Source: an uncultured beta proteobacterium (GTDB lineage Bacteria; Pseudomonadota; Gammaproteobacteria; Burkholderiales; Casimicrobiaceae). Taken from it: a DNA stretch of 64,000 nucleotides. Shown one piece after another: positions 46,468-57,119 of this stretch. Numbering within the stretch: the first letter of the stretch is position 1; every line of letters starts with the position of its first letter. Where the stretch lies: assembly GCA_963705175.1 (NCBI GenBank), contig CAVPJE010000009.1, forward strand, positions 63,045 through 127,044, read 5' to 3'. A program made the translations under genes and the position numbers. The notes beneath the pieces were generated by a model that was not told the origin of the DNA, ran no database searches, and saw only the letters and a list, made by a program, of their open reading frames with translations.

Positions 46468-48666
46468 CTAGTCGTCCTGGGAGGGCTTGCGCAGCCGCTC
46501 CAGCAATTGCGTCTGCGCCGACCGGCGCCTCGCGCCGCGCCGGGGCACGACACGCGTCCACGTGCCGTCGGCGGCGAGGTCCCATGCGTCGCAGTTGTCG
46601 GCAAGGTACACGGCGAGCCCCTCCTCGATCACGCGTGCCTTCAGCGCCGGGTCGAGCACCGGAAACGCCACCTCGATGCGCCGGAACAGGTTGCGGCCCA
46701 TCCAGTCCGCCGACGTGAGCCAGACGTCTTTCGCGCCGTCGTTCTCGAACAGCCAGACGCGGTGGTGCTCGAGGAAGCGGCCGAGGATCGAGCGCACGCG
46801 GATGTTCTCGGACAGCCCGGGCACGCCGGGGCGAAGCGCGCACGCGCCGCGCACGACGAGGTCGATCTCGACACCGGCCTGCGACGCCGCGTAGAGGGCG
46901 CGGATCACCTGCTCCTCGGTCAACCCGTTCATCTTGGCGACGATGCGGGCGGGCTTGCGCTGCTGCGCGTGGCGCGCCTCGCGGCGGATCATCTCGATCA
47001 CGCGCCGGTGCATCGCGAACGGCGCAAGCAGCAGGCGCTTCATCCGCGACGCCTTCGCGTAGCTCGTGATGTGCAGGAACACCTCGTTCACGTCCGCGCA
47101 GATGTCCGGGTCCGCGGTGAGCAGCCCGAAGTCCGAATACAGCCGCGTGGTGCGCGGGTGGTAGTTGCCGGTGCCGAGGTGCGCGTAGGAGACGAGCCGC
47201 GTCCGGCCGCTGCGATCGCGCTCGCGGCGCAGCAGCAGCGCGAGCTTGGCGTGGGTCTTCAGGCCGAACACGCCGTAGACGACCTGCGCGCCCTCCTGCT
47301 CCAGCCGCTCCGCCCAGTTGATGTTGGCCTCCTCGTCGAAGCGCGCCATCAGCTCGACGACGACGGTGACCTCCTTGCCCGCCCGCGCCGCCGCGATCAG
47401 CGCGTCCATCAGCGCCGAGCTGGCGCCCGTGCGGTAGACGGTCTGCTTGATCGCGACGACGTCGGGATCGGTGGCCGCGCAGCGGATGAACTCCACCACC
47501 GGCTCGAACGACTCGTAGGGGTGGTGCAGCAGGACGTCCTGGCGGCGCACCGCGGCCAGGATGTCGGGCTCGCCGCGGATGCGCGCCGGCAGCCCCGGCT
47601 CGAAAGCGGTGTACTCGAGCTCGTCGTCGTCGACCTGGTCGATCAGCGAGGCGAGGCGCATCAGGTTGACCGGGCCGTCGCACCGGTAGAGGTCCTGCTC
47701 GTGAAGCTCGAACTGGGCGAGCAGGAACTGCGCGAGGCGCGGCGGGCAACCGGCCGCCACCTCGAGCCGCAGCGGCGCACCGAACTGGCGCGCGCGGAGC
47801 TCGCCGGCCAGCGCCTGGCGCAGGTTCTTCACCTCCTCCTCGTCGATCCACAGGTCGGCATCGCGGGTCACGCGGAACTGCGAATACCCGACCAGCGTGC
47901 GGCCCGGGAAGAGATCGCCGAGGTGCGCGTGGATCGCCGAGGAGAGCAGGAAGAAGGAACTGTCGTTGCCGGCCACCTCGGGCGGCAGCTTGATCACCCG
48001 CGGCAGCACGCGCGGCGCCTTGACGATCGCGATCGTCGTGTCGCGTCCGAACGCGTCGCGGCCGGCCAGCTCGACCACGAAGTTGAGCGTCTTGTTGCCG
48101 ATCTGCGGGAACGGGTGCGCGGGATCGAGGCCGATCGGCGTCAGCAGCGGCCGCACCTCGCGCTCGAAGAAGTCGGCCACCCACGCGCGCTCCGCGGGCG
48201 TGCGGTCGGCATCGCGCAGCAGCCGGATCCCGCGCGCGGCCAGCGCCGGCAGCACCTGGCCGTTCAGCACCCGGTACTGGTCGGCGACGAGCGCGCGGGC
48301 GGTGTCCGCGATCCTCGCATAGTCGACACGGACCTCGTGCAGCGTCATGCCCGGCGGCGGGATCTTCGAGCGCAACGCGCCGCGAAAGGCCGCGACGCGG
48401 ATCTCGAAGAACTCGTCGAGGTTGCTGCCGACGATGCACAGGAACCGCAGCCGCTCGAGCAACGGGACGTCGTCGCGCTCGGCCAGCGCGAGCACGCGCC
48501 GGTTGAAGTCGAGCAACGACAGCTCGCGGTTGATCAGCGTCGCCGGCGCGCCGCCCGCGACGACCGCGGACGCCGGGGCGGCGGCGCCGCCACCGTCGGC
48601 CGGCGTCACTTGGGACGCGCGCCGCCGCGGCACTGCCTGGACGGCGCGCCGTTCAGGCAGCGGCAT
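46468..48666 (-). CDS. ppk1: Polyphosphate kinase 1; start approximate
   Basis: NRELS, NLDEFFEIRVA, HHPYESF, KTHAK, GRFLEH, ADWM.RN. Confidence 0.96.
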   Translation of the reverse strand: MPLPERRAVQAVPRRRASQVTPADGGGAAAPASAVVAGGAPATLINRELSLLDFNRRVLALAERDDVPLLERLRFLCIVGSNLDEFFEIRVAAFRGALRSKIPPPGMTLHEVRVDYARIADTARALVADQYRVLNGQVLPALAARGIRLLRDADRTPAERAWVADFFEREVRPLLTPIGLDPAHPFPQIGNKTLNFVVELAGRDAFGRDTTIAIVKAPRVLPRVIKLPPEVAGNDSSFFLLSSAIHAHLGDLFPGRTLVGYSQFRVTRDADLWIDEEEVKNLRQALAGELRARQFGAPLRLEVAAGCPPRLAQFLLAQFELHEQDLYRCDGPVNLMRLASLIDQVDDDELEYTAFEPGLPARIRGEPDILAAVRRQDVLLHHPYESFEPVVEFIRCAATDPDVVAIKQTVYRTGASSALMDALIAAARAGKEVTVVVELMARFDEEANINWAERLEQEGAQVVYGVFGLKTHAKLALLLRRERDRSGRTRLVSYAHLGTGNYHPRTTRLYSDFGLLTADPDICADVNEVFLHITSYAKASRMKRLLLAPFAMHRRVIEMIRREARHAQQRKPARIVAKMNGLTEEQVIRALYAASQAGVEIDLVVRGACALRPGVPGLSENIRVRSILGRFLEHHRVWLFENDGAKDVWLTSADWMGRNLFRRIEVAFPVLDPALKARVIEEGLAVYLADNCDAWDLAADGTWTRVVPRRGARRRSAQTQLLERLRKPSQDD

Positions 48667-49374
48667 CGCCGAGCGCGCGCCAGACGCAGCGCCCTTTCGA
48701 CTCCCGGTCGAGCGCCTCGAGATAGGCGGCGTGCGCGGCCAGCTCCGCCTCGCTCGGCGCCGGCACCGCGAGGGGCACGCGCGGCCGCGCCGCCCAGTGC
48801 GCGATCCGCAACCGCCCCCCGACGCCGCCGGGGCGGCGATGTCGATCGTGAGCGACTCCTGCCCGCGGGTCATCGCGAGGTAGACCTCGGCGAGAAGCTG
48901 CGCGTCGAGCAGCGCGCCGTGGAGCTTGCGCCCCGCGTTGTCGACGCCGAAGCGCTCGCAGAGGGCGTCGAGGTTGTTGCGCTTGCCGGGGAAGCGCTCG
49001 CGGGCGAGCGCGAGCGTGTCGGTGAGCTTGGCGTACAGCGCACCGCAGCCGCCGCGATCGCACAGCGCGAGCTCGGCGTCGAGGAAGGCGACGTCGAACG
49101 GCGCGTTGTGGATGATCCACTCGGCGCCGCGCACGAAGTCGAGCAGCGCGTCGGCCACGTCGCGGAAGCGCGGCTTGTCGCGCAGGTCGTCCCAGGTCAT
49201 GCCGTGCACCTCGGTCGCGCCGGCATCGATCTCGCGCTCCGGATTCACGTAGAGGTGCACGTGGCGGCCGGTCGGGCGCCGGTCGACGAGCTCGAGTCCC
49301 GCGATCTCGATGATGCGGTGGCCCTGGCGCGGGTCGAGGCCGGTCGTCTCGGTGTCGAGGATGATCTGACGCAT
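48653..49374 (-). CDS. dnaQ: DNA polymerase III epsilon; frameshift near 48800
   Basis: MRQIILDTETTG, HNAPFD, LHGALLDA; C-terminus 'SEAELAAH...CVW' in another frame ending 48653. Confidence 0.95.
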
Positions 49375-49410
49375 TCAGGTATCAGGCATCGGGAAACAGG
49401 GATCAGAACA
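49375..49410 (-). repeat. Degenerate heptamer array before dnaQ start
   Basis: Minus strand TGTTCTG ATCCCTG TTTCCCG ATGCCTG ATACCTG A-ATG. Confidence 0.6.
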
Positions 49411-49524
49411 GGCCATTGTGACCGGCCCGTGACACCGCTGCAGTATACGTTTGCGCGGGCCGGCGCAATGCCGCCGCGCAACATCGGACGGGCGCCCGCC
49501 TAGCGGCGCGGCGGCACCCGGCAG

Positions 49525-50445
49525 CTACCGGCGGAACTTCTGGATCGTCGACTGGATTTCGGCGATCGCGCGCTCGATCTCGTCGTCGGTCAGGTCGCGC
49601 TGCGTGCCCTTGCGGTCGGTCAGCGTCACCGTCTTGTCGAGCTCGGTCTGGAACTCGCCAAGGCCCATCGTCTCGGTGATCGTCGACGACGATTCCTCGG
49701 CCAGCGTCTCCGCGCCCCAGCGCACGGCGATCAGCGACAGGTTGTCGCCGTCGGGCCCGCCCCGCTTCTCCGCCTCGCGGAGCATCTGCGGCGCGGTCTT
49801 GAGGATCGGCGTCGACGTGAGGTAGGTGGCGATCTCGGACGGCGGCATCACGCTCCACATCCCGTCGGTGCAGAGCACGAGGATGTCGCCGCCGCGCAGC
49901 GGCGTGCGGCGCGACAGGTCGATCACCGGGTCGACGAGTCCGCCGAGACAGCTGAAGATCTTGTTGCGGTCCGGATGCTCGGCGACCTCGTGCGCGCCGA
50001 TCACGCCCTGGTCGACCAGGTACTGGACCTTCGAGTGGTCCTTGGTCGTGGCGATCAGCCCGCCCTGCCGGAACAGGTAGAAGCGCGAGTCGCCGACGTG
50101 CGCCCAGTAGGCGTGGCCCGCCTGCACGATCACCGCGACGCAGGTGGTGCGCGGGGTTTCCAGCATCGAGAACTGGTTGGCGTACGAGCCGAGCGCGGCG
50201 TGGGCGCGCAGCAGCGTGTCCTGCAGGAACTTGAGCGGATTCTTGAGGACGGGCTTCGCCTCCTGCTGGAAGCGCTCGATGAACAGCCGCACCGCGATCT
50301 GCGCGGCGATCTCGCCGCCGGCGTGCCCGCCCATGCCGTCGGCGACGACGAGCAGCAGCGTGTCGCGCCCGTAGGTGTACGCGACCCGGTCCTGGTTGAC
50401 CTTGCGCGAGCCCTTGCGGGATTCCTGGAAGATCGTGAAGCGCAT
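49525..50445 (-). CDS. PP2C-family Ser/Thr phosphatase
   Basis: NQD, VADGMGGH, HVGDSR, CTDG, DN. Confidence 0.95.
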   Translation of the reverse strand: MRFTIFQESRKGSRKVNQDRVAYTYGRDTLLLVVADGMGGHAGGEIAAQIAVRLFIERFQQEAKPVLKNPLKFLQDTLLRAHAALGSYANQFSMLETPRTTCVAVIVQAGHAYWAHVGDSRFYLFRQGGLIATTKDHSKVQYLVDQGVIGAHEVAEHPDRNKIFSCLGGLVDPVIDLSRRTPLRGGDILVLCTDGMWSVMPPSEIATYLTSTPILKTAPQMLREAEKRGGPDGDNLSLIAVRWGAETLAEESSSTITETMGLGEFQTELDKTVTLTDRKGTQRDLTDDEIERAIAEIQSTIQKFRR

Positions 50446-50451
50446 CGACCG

Positions 50452-51390
50452 CTACGCGCCGATTTCCGTGAACAGCACGCGCTTCAGGTTGCCCATGAAG
50501 GTGAGCTTGCGCTTCCTCGGCGCGATGTCGCGGATCGCCTTCTGCAGTGCGAACACGCTCTGCGGGCGCTCCAGCGGATCGAGCCGCAGGCACCAGTCGA
50601 TCACCTCGAGCACGTTGTCCGAGTACTGCCCGGCCCAGATCTTCTTGGCCGAGACGAGGTGGTCCTCCTGCACGCGCGCGTCGGCGGCCTGCGGCGCGAA
50701 CGCCGCAAGGCAGGCGAACATCGACGCGCCGATGCCGTAGACGTCGGTCCACGGCCCGAGCCGGTCCGGCTCGCGGTACTGCTCGGGCGCGGCGAATCCG
50801 GGCGTGTACATCGGCGCGAGCTTGGGCCGGTTGCTGGTGAGCGTCTGCCGCGCCGCGCCGAAGTCGAGCAGCACGGGCGCCCCGTCGGTGCGCAGGTAGA
50901 TGTTCGCCGGCTTGATGTCGAGGTGCAGGATCTTGTGGGTGTGGACCTCGCGCAGGCCGTTCAGCAGGTGCATGAACACGTGCCGCACGAAGCGCTCGGA
51001 CATCTGGTCCTGCTTCATCTGGATCTGCTGCTGCAGCGTGCGCCCGCGCTCGTAGCGCATCACCATGTACACGGTCTCGTTGGCGCGGAAGAAGTTGAGC
51101 ACGCGCACGACGTTCGGGTGGTTGATCTTCGCGAGCGCCCGGCCCTCCTCGAAGAAGCACTTCATCCCGTAGCGGAACGAGGTCAGGTTCTCGGCCGACG
51201 ACGCCCGCACGATGTCGCCCTCGGTGCGCAGCACGAGCGAGGACGGCAGGTACTCCTTGATCGCCACCGGCTGCCCGGCCTCGTCGAACGCCCGGTAGAC
51301 GATCGAGAAGCCGCCGCGGCTGATTTGCCGGTCGATCCGGTAGTTGAGGAGCTGGTAGCCGCCCTGGAGAGGCTGGTTGGTGACGGGCAT
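50452..51390 (-). CDS. Cytoplasmic Hanks-type Ser/Thr kinase
   Basis: GGFSIVY, VAIK, HLDIKPAN, DFG, APE; no TM or sensor domain. Confidence 0.95.
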   Translation of the reverse strand: MPVTNQPLQGGYQLLNYRIDRQISRGGFSIVYRAFDEAGQPVAIKEYLPSSLVLRTEGDIVRASSAENLTSFRYGMKCFFEEGRALAKINHPNVVRVLNFFRANETVYMVMRYERGRTLQQQIQMKQDQMSERFVRHVFMHLLNGLREVHTHKILHLDIKPANIYLRTDGAPVLLDFGAARQTLTSNRPKLAPMYTPGFAAPEQYREPDRLGPWTDVYGIGASMFACLAAFAPQAADARVQEDHLVSAKKIWAGQYSDNVLEVIDWCLRLDPLERPQSVFALQKAIRDIAPRKRKLTFMGNLKRVLFTEIGA

Positions 51391-51423
51391 CGACGCTATC
51401 GCACGGGGAATCCCACGCCTTAC

Positions 51424-51439
51424 CGCAATTCGCGTGCCA
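51424..51439 (-). promoter_or_regulatory. sigma54 -24/-12 promoter for kinase-PP2C operon
   Basis: TGGCACGCGAATTGC matches consensus TGGCACG-N4-TTGC. Confidence 0.8.
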
Positions 51440-51506
51440 AGCGGCGCGGCACCGGTTTGCGCAGGGGTCGCGGAACCGTTACATTCTCGGTAACCCGCCG
51501 GGCGAA

Positions 51507-51522
51507 GTAAAGAAAACCGGCG
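51507..51522. promoter_or_regulatory. Putative enhancer (PEP-CTERM-box-like)
   Basis: GTAAAGAAAACCGGCG; 13/16 identical to the 18900 box; 68 bp from the sigma54 site. Confidence 0.55.
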
Positions 51523-51575
51523 GCCGAGGGGCCTCCCGGCCGCTGGAAAACCGCCAAAAAACGTCCAAAACGGCC

Positions 51576-52439
51576 ATGATTCTCAGCATGACCGGCTTCG
51601 CGGCGGTTGCCGAGGAGCTGCCAGGTCTCTCGCTCGCCGTCGAGCTGCGCTCGGTCAACCACCGCTACCTCGACCTCACGGTCCGGCTTCCGGAGGAGCT
51701 CCGCCAGCTCGAGCCGGCGCTCCGCGAGCGCGTCGCGGCCGAACTGAAGCGCGGCAAGGTCGAATGCCGCGTGTCGATGAACCGCACGCCGGGCGCGGGC
51801 GCCGTGACCGTCGACCGCGAGCGCGTCGGCGAGCTCGCCCGCGCTGCCGCGGAGGTGCGGCGCGTCGTACCCGACGCGACCCCGCTCACCGCCGCGGATA
51901 TCCTGCGCTGGCCGGGGGTGATGGTCGAGTCGTCGCTCCCGCCCGACCGCCTTGCGGAACGGGTCCACGCGCTGGTCGACGCGGCACTGTCGGATCTCGC
52001 CGCCGCCCGTGCCCGCGAAGGGGACAAGCTGAAGACCTTGCTGCTCGCCCGCTGCGCCGACGTCGAAATCCAGGTGGCCCGGGTCGCCCCGCGCGTACCG
52101 GCGATCCACGCGGCGTTCGTGGAGAAGCTCGGCGCGAGGCTCAAGGAAGCCGGGCTCGACGCCAACGAGGACCGGCTGAAGCAGGAGCTCGCGCTGTTCG
52201 CGACCAAGAGCGACGTCGCCGAGGAGATCGCCCGCCTGTCGACGCACGTGGCCGAGGTGCGCCGGGTGCTGACCGCGGGCGGCAGCGCCGGCAAGCGGCT
52301 CGACTTCCTCGCGCAGGAGCTGCACCGCGAGGCGAACACGCTGGGCTCGAAGTCGGTCGACGCCGAGCTCTCGCAGGCGGCGCTCGAGCTCAAGGTGCTG
52401 ATCGAGCAGATGCGCGAGCAGGTCCAGAATCTCGAGTAG
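51576..52439 (+). CDS. yicC: YicC-family endoribonuclease
   Basis: SMTGF, SVNHRYLD, GKRLDFLAQELHREANTLGSKS, EQMREQVQNLE. Confidence 0.95.
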   Translation: MILSMTGFAAVAEELPGLSLAVELRSVNHRYLDLTVRLPEELRQLEPALRERVAAELKRGKVECRVSMNRTPGAGAVTVDRERVGELARAAAEVRRVVPDATPLTAADILRWPGVMVESSLPPDRLAERVHALVDAALSDLAAARAREGDKLKTLLLARCADVEIQVARVAPRVPAIHAAFVEKLGARLKEAGLDANEDRLKQELALFATKSDVAEEIARLSTHVAEVRRVLTAGGSAGKRLDFLAQELHREANTLGSKSVDAELSQAALELKVLIEQMREQVQNLE

Positions 52440-52581
52440 AGCGAGGGCGCCACCCGGCGAGGGCCCCCGCGCAGCGGGGATCGACGGCAAGGCGCCTCTC
52501 GCTCGCGGCCGACACGCAACGTAACATCGACCATCGACAGACCAATGAGGCTGCCGGCGCGCGCCCTCACATCCCGTCCAC

Positions 52582-53217
52582 ATGTCCGACACCGCCCCCG
52601 GCTGCCTGTTCGTGATCGCCGCCCCCTCGGGTGGCGGCAAGACCAGCCTCGTCAACGCGCTGCTCGCGCGCGAGCCGGGCATCCGGCTGTCGGTCTCCTA
52701 CACGACGCGCGCGCCCCGTCCCGGCGAGCACGAGGGTGTCCACTACCACTTCGTCGACGATGCGCGGTTCAGGGCGCTGCAGGACGCGGGCGAGTTCCTC
52801 GAGCACGCGCACGTGCACGGCCACTGGTACGCGACCTCGGCGACGTGGCTCGCCTCGCAGGTCGCCGCGGGGCAGGACGTGCTGCTCGAGATCGACTGGC
52901 AGGGTGCCGTGCAGGTGCGCCGGCTGATGCCCGACTCGGTCCACATCTTCATCCTGCCGCCGTCGCTCGGGGTGCTGCAGGAGCGGCTGGAACGCCGCGG
53001 GCAGGACGCGCCGGAGGTGATCGCGCGCCGGCTCGCGGGTGCGGTCGACGAGATGCGGCACTGGCACGAGTTCGACTATGTTATTATCAATCAAGACTTT
53101 GCGACTGCCATCGACGACCTGGCCGCGATTGTTCGCGCGGCCCGGCTCAAGGTGGCGCGCCAGCGCGGCCGGCACGCTCGATTGCTGCAGGCGCTGACCG
53201 AACCCGATTCCCCCTGA
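52582..53217 (+). CDS. gmk: Guanylate kinase
   Basis: [23 protein letters not shown]. Confidence 0.97.
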   Translation: MSDTAPGCLFVIAAPSGGGKTSLVNALLAREPGIRLSVSYTTRAPRPGEHEGVHYHFVDDARFRALQDAGEFLEHAHVHGHWYATSATWLASQVAAGQDVLLEIDWQGAVQVRRLMPDSVHIFILPPSLGVLQERLERRGQDAPEVIARRLAGAVDEMRHWHEFDYVIINQDFATAIDDLAAIVRAARLKVARQRGRHARLLQALTEPDSP

Positions 53218-53234
53218 ACCCGACGAGAACCGCC

Positions 53235-53441
53235 ATGGCACGCATCACCATCGAGGACGCACTGGAGAAGATCCCCAACCGCTTCGAGCTGACGCTCGCG
53301 GCGACCAACCGTGCGCGCCAGATCACCTCGGGCTCCTCGCCGCTGGTCGAGACCGACCGCGACAAGCCGACCGTGATCGCGCTGCGCGAAGTCGCCGCCG
53401 GCAAGGTCGGGATCGAGATGCTGCTGAAACCCGCGACCTGA
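53235..53441 (+). CDS. rpoZ: RNA polymerase omega subunit
   Basis: MARITIED...NRFEL...[10 protein letters not shown]. Confidence 0.97.
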   Translation: MARITIEDALEKIPNRFELTLAATNRARQITSGSSPLVETDRDKPTVIALREVAAGKVGIEMLLKPAT

Positions 53442-53487
53442 CCGCCGCTGCGAGGCGAGGCCCTGCGACCCGACCCGCTTCCCGCGC

Positions 53488-55617
53488 ATGTCGGAGATTG
53501 CCGAGTTCACGCGCCACCTGGGCCACTACCTCGCCCCGACGGAGGTCGAGCTCGTCGAGCGCGCGTTCGAGTTCTCCGAGTCCGCCCACCGCGGGCAGTT
53601 CCGCAAGTCCGGCGAGCCGTACATCACGCATCCCCTCGCCGTCGCCTCGATCCTGTCGCAGTGGCGGATCGACGCGCAGGGGCTCGCCGCCGCGCTCCTG
53701 CACGACGTGATGGAGGACACCTCGGTCACCAAGACCGAGATCGAATCGACGTTCGGCCGTCCGGTCGCCGAGATGGTCGACGGCGTCTCCAAGCTCGACC
53801 AGATCGAGTTCAACTCGCAGGAGGAGGCGCAGGCGGAGAGCTTCCGCAAGATGCTGCTCGCGATGGCGCGCGACGTGCGCGTGATCCTGATCAAGCTCGC
53901 CGACCGCCTGCACAACATGCGCACGCTCGACGCGATGAAGCCCGCGCAGCGTTCGCGCATCGCCCGCGAGACGGTCGACATCTACGCGCCGATCGCCAAC
54001 CGCCTGGGCCTGAACGCGCTGTACCTCGAGCTGCAGGACCTGTCGTTCAAGCACCTGAACCCGATGCGCTACCGGGTGCTCGCCAACGCGATCAAGGCCG
54101 CGCGCGGCAACCGCCGCGAGGTGATGAACCGGCTGCTGGAGACGATCCGCGAGGGCTTCCACAAGGGCGGCATCCACGCCTCGGTGACCGGCCGCGAGAA
54201 GACCGTCTACTCGGTGTACAAGAAGATGCGCGAGAAGCGCTACACGTTCTCGCAGGTGTTCGACATCTACGGCGTGCGCGTGCTGGTCAACGACCCGACC
54301 GCGTGCTACGCCGCGCTCGGCGTGCTGCACTCCCTCTACAAGCCCATTCCCGGCAAGTTCAAGGACTACGTCGCGATCCCGAAGGCCAACGGCTACCAGT
54401 CGCTGCACACGACGCTGTTCGGCCCCTTCGGCACGCCGCTCGAGGCGCAGATCCGCACCCACGACATGCACCGCGTCGCCGAAGCCGGCGTCGCGGCGCA
54501 CTGGCTGTACAAGACGCGCGAGGGCGTCGACCTCGCCGAGGCGCAGCGCGAGATGCAACGCTGGCTGCAGAGCCTGCTCGAGATCCAGTCGGAGTCGCGC
54601 GACAGCAAGGAGTTCCTCGAGAACATCAAGGGCGACCTCTTCCCCGACGAGATCTACGTGTTCACGCCGAAGGGCAAGATCATGGCGCTGCCGCGCGGCG
54701 CGACCGCGGTCGACTTCGCCTACGGCGTGCACACCGACATCGGGCACCACTGCGTCGCGGCGCGCATCAACTACGAGCTGCTGCCGTTGCGCACCGAGTT
54801 GAAGAACGGCGACCACGTCGAGATCCTGACCTCGCCAACCGCGCGCCCCAACCCGTCGTGGCTGTCGTTCGTCGCCACCGGCAAGGCGCGTTCGCGCATC
54901 CGCCACTACCTCAAGGGGCTGCAGCAGAAGGAGTCGGCGGCGCTCGGCGAGCGGCTGCTCGGCCAGGCGCTCGCGACGCTGAAGGTGGATCCCGAGGCGA
55001 TCACGTGGGAGCGCTGGGAGGCGCTGGCGAAGGAGTACGGCGCGAAGAGCCAGCTCGAGATCCTCGCCGACATCGGCCTCGGCAAGCGGCTGTCGTTCGT
55101 CGTCGCGCAGGCGCTGACGCGCCTCGGCGACCGCCCGGACGAGGCCGGCGCGCAGGCACCGGCGAAGCCGGGCGCGCTGTCGCTGCGTGGCGTCGAGGGC
55201 GTGGCGATCCAGTACGCGAAGTGCTGCCGGCCGATTCCCGGCGACGCGATCGTCGGCCAGTTCCGCAAGGGACAGGGCCTGGTGGTCCACACGCGCGAGT
55301 GCGTGACGCTGAAGAAGCAGCGTGTCGACGCCGCCGAGCTGGTGGACGTCGAGTGGGCGACGGACGTGCTGGGCGAGTACGACGCGGGCGTGCGCGTGCT
55401 GGTCTCCGACCGCCGCGGGCTGCTCGCCGACCTCGCCACGGCAATCGCCGACGCCGAGGCGAACATCGACGCGATCTCGATGGAGAAGCCGGACGGGGCG
55501 GGGGTGATCGCGATGTTCTTCGGCGTGCAGGTGCGCGACCGCCGCCACCTGGCGGCCGTGATGCGCAACCTGCGGCGCATCGCGGACGTGCGCCGCGTGC
55601 AGCGCGCGCGGACCTGA
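53488..55617 (+). CDS. spoT: Bifunctional (p)ppGpp synthetase/hydrolase
   Basis: Intact HD 'LHDVMED', KLADRLHNMRT, YQSLHT, TGS and ACT domains; gmk-rpoZ synteny. Confidence 0.96.
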   Translation: MSEIAEFTRHLGHYLAPTEVELVERAFEFSESAHRGQFRKSGEPYITHPLAVASILSQWRIDAQGLAAALLHDVMEDTSVTKTEIESTFGRPVAEMVDGVSKLDQIEFNSQEEAQAESFRKMLLAMARDVRVILIKLADRLHNMRTLDAMKPAQRSRIARETVDIYAPIANRLGLNALYLELQDLSFKHLNPMRYRVLANAIKAARGNRREVMNRLLETIREGFHKGGIHASVTGREKTVYSVYKKMREKRYTFSQVFDIYGVRVLVNDPTACYAALGVLHSLYKPIPGKFKDYVAIPKANGYQSLHTTLFGPFGTPLEAQIRTHDMHRVAEAGVAAHWLYKTREGVDLAEAQREMQRWLQSLLEIQSESRDSKEFLENIKGDLFPDEIYVFTPKGKIMALPRGATAVDFAYGVHTDIGHHCVAARINYELLPLRTELKNGDHVEILTSPTARPNPSWLSFVATGKARSRIRHYLKGLQQKESAALGERLLGQALATLKVDPEAITWERWEALAKEYGAKSQLEILADIGLGKRLSFVVAQALTRLGDRPDEAGAQAPAKPGALSLRGVEGVAIQYAKCCRPIPGDAIVGQFRKGQGLVVHTRECVTLKKQRVDAAELVDVEWATDVLGEYDAGVRVLVSDRRGLLADLATAIADAEANIDAISMEKPDGAGVIAMFFGVQVRDRRHLAAVMRNLRRIADVRRVQRART

Positions 55618-55666
55618 CGCGCCGCCTCGCGTTACGCCCGTCGTCGCGACGGTACCGCCCGAAGGA

Positions 55667-55984
55667 TCAGGCCGGCTTCTTCTCGAGCACCTGCTTCAAC
55701 TCGCCCGACTGGTACATCTCGCGCATGATGTCCGCACCGCCGACGAACTCGCCGTCGATGTAGAGCTGCGGGATCGTCGGCCAGTTCGCGTAGGTCTTGA
55801 TGCCCTGGCGGATCTCGGGGTCGACGAGCACGTCGACCGCGAGGAAGTCGTCGACGCCGCTGCGCTTGAGGATCTCGACGGCCGTCGCCGAGAACCCGCA
55901 CATCGGGAATTCCGGCTGGCCCTTCATGTAGAGCACGACGCGGTGCTTCGTCACCTGCTCGCGAATCTTGTCCTGGACGTCCAT
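55667..55984 (-). CDS. grxD: Monothiol glutaredoxin
   Basis: CGFS, WPTIPQLY, GG.DI. Confidence 0.95.
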   Translation of the reverse strand: MDVQDKIREQVTKHRVVLYMKGQPEFPMCGFSATAVEILKRSGVDDFLAVDVLVDPEIRQGIKTYANWPTIPQLYIDGEFVGGADIMREMYQSGELKQVLEKKPA

Positions 55985-56063
55985 GGGGTCTTTCCTCGGT
56001 GTCGGTCCGGCAGATTCTAGCGAATCGGCGTGATGCGACCGCGAAGGATCCGCGACATCGACG

Positions 56064-57039
56064 CTAGCGCGGGGGCACGCGCGTGCCCGCGCTGACCACG
56101 TACTCGGGCCTCCCCATGGCGAGCCACGTCGCGAGGTTCTGTGCCGCCTTGCGGCGCAGCTCCTGCTCGCCCTCGACGGAATAGAACGCGGAGTGCGGCG
56201 TGAGCACGACGCGCGGATGCCCGACCAGCCGGGAGTCGCGCGGCACCGGCTCGACGGGCAGCACGTCGAGGCCGGCTCCTGCCACGTGCCCCGAGTCGAG
56301 GGCGTCGACGAGCGACGGCACGTCGACGACCGCGCCGCGCGCGGTGTTCACGACGTAGCCGCCGCGAGGCATCGCCGCGAAGAACGCCGCGTCGATCATG
56401 CCGCGCGTCTCCTTGGTGAGCGGCGTGTGCAGCGACACCACCTCGGCGACGCGCGCCAGCGCGTCGTAGCGTGGGCACGCGCTCGACGAACACCGGGAAG
56501 TCGCCGTCGATCAGGTACGGGTCGTAGGCGACGACACGGCGAAACACATCGCGCGAGATCTGCGCCATCCGCTTGCCGATGCGACCGAGACCGACGATCC
56601 CGAGGGTCATCTCGCGGGGGCGGGTGAGCCTGCCCGACGACAGGTAGTGCCAGTTCCCGGCAGCGATGTCGCGGTGGCACGCGACGATGTTGCGCGCAAG
56701 GGCGAGCGCAAGCCCGAGCGCGTGCGTCGCGACCTCGCCGACGCCGTAGTCCGGGGAATTGGCGACCCACACGCCGTGCCGGGCGCAGGCCTCGGTGTCG
56801 ATCGTGTCGTAGCCCGCGCCGATGCGGCTGACGATGCCGACCTCGGGCAGCGCGGCGACGACGCGCTCCGTGATCGGCGCGTACTGGACGAGGATGCCGA
56901 AGCATCCTTGCGCCGCCACGATGACCTCGTCCTCGGTGCGGCACTGCGCGACGATCACGTCGATGCCGTGCCGCCGGAACAGCTCGCGCTCGAGCTCGAT
57001 GTCGGGATAGTCGTTGTCGGAGTACAGGACCTTGGGCAT
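56064..57039 (-). CDS. D-isomer 2-hydroxyacid dehydrogenase (CtBP-like); frameshift near 56470
   Basis: GLGRIG, NTARG, LDV..VEP, TPHSAFYS. Confidence 0.88.
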
Positions 57040-57119
57040 GCGCGATACCGGGAGAGTGTGAAAGGAAACCCGTCGACGTTACGAGTGCCGCGCGATTGGG
57101 TCAAGTGGTCCGACCAATT

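Noticed and set aside
46468-49374. Apparent DnaQ-PPK1 fusion (968 aa)
   Set aside because: The DnaQ C-terminus and stop are present in another frame (ends 48653); one indel near 48800 explains it
52439-52504. Long imperfect hairpin between yicC and gmk as a possible ncRNA
   Set aside because: No recognisable family features; GC-rich pairing may be chance or a REP-like element
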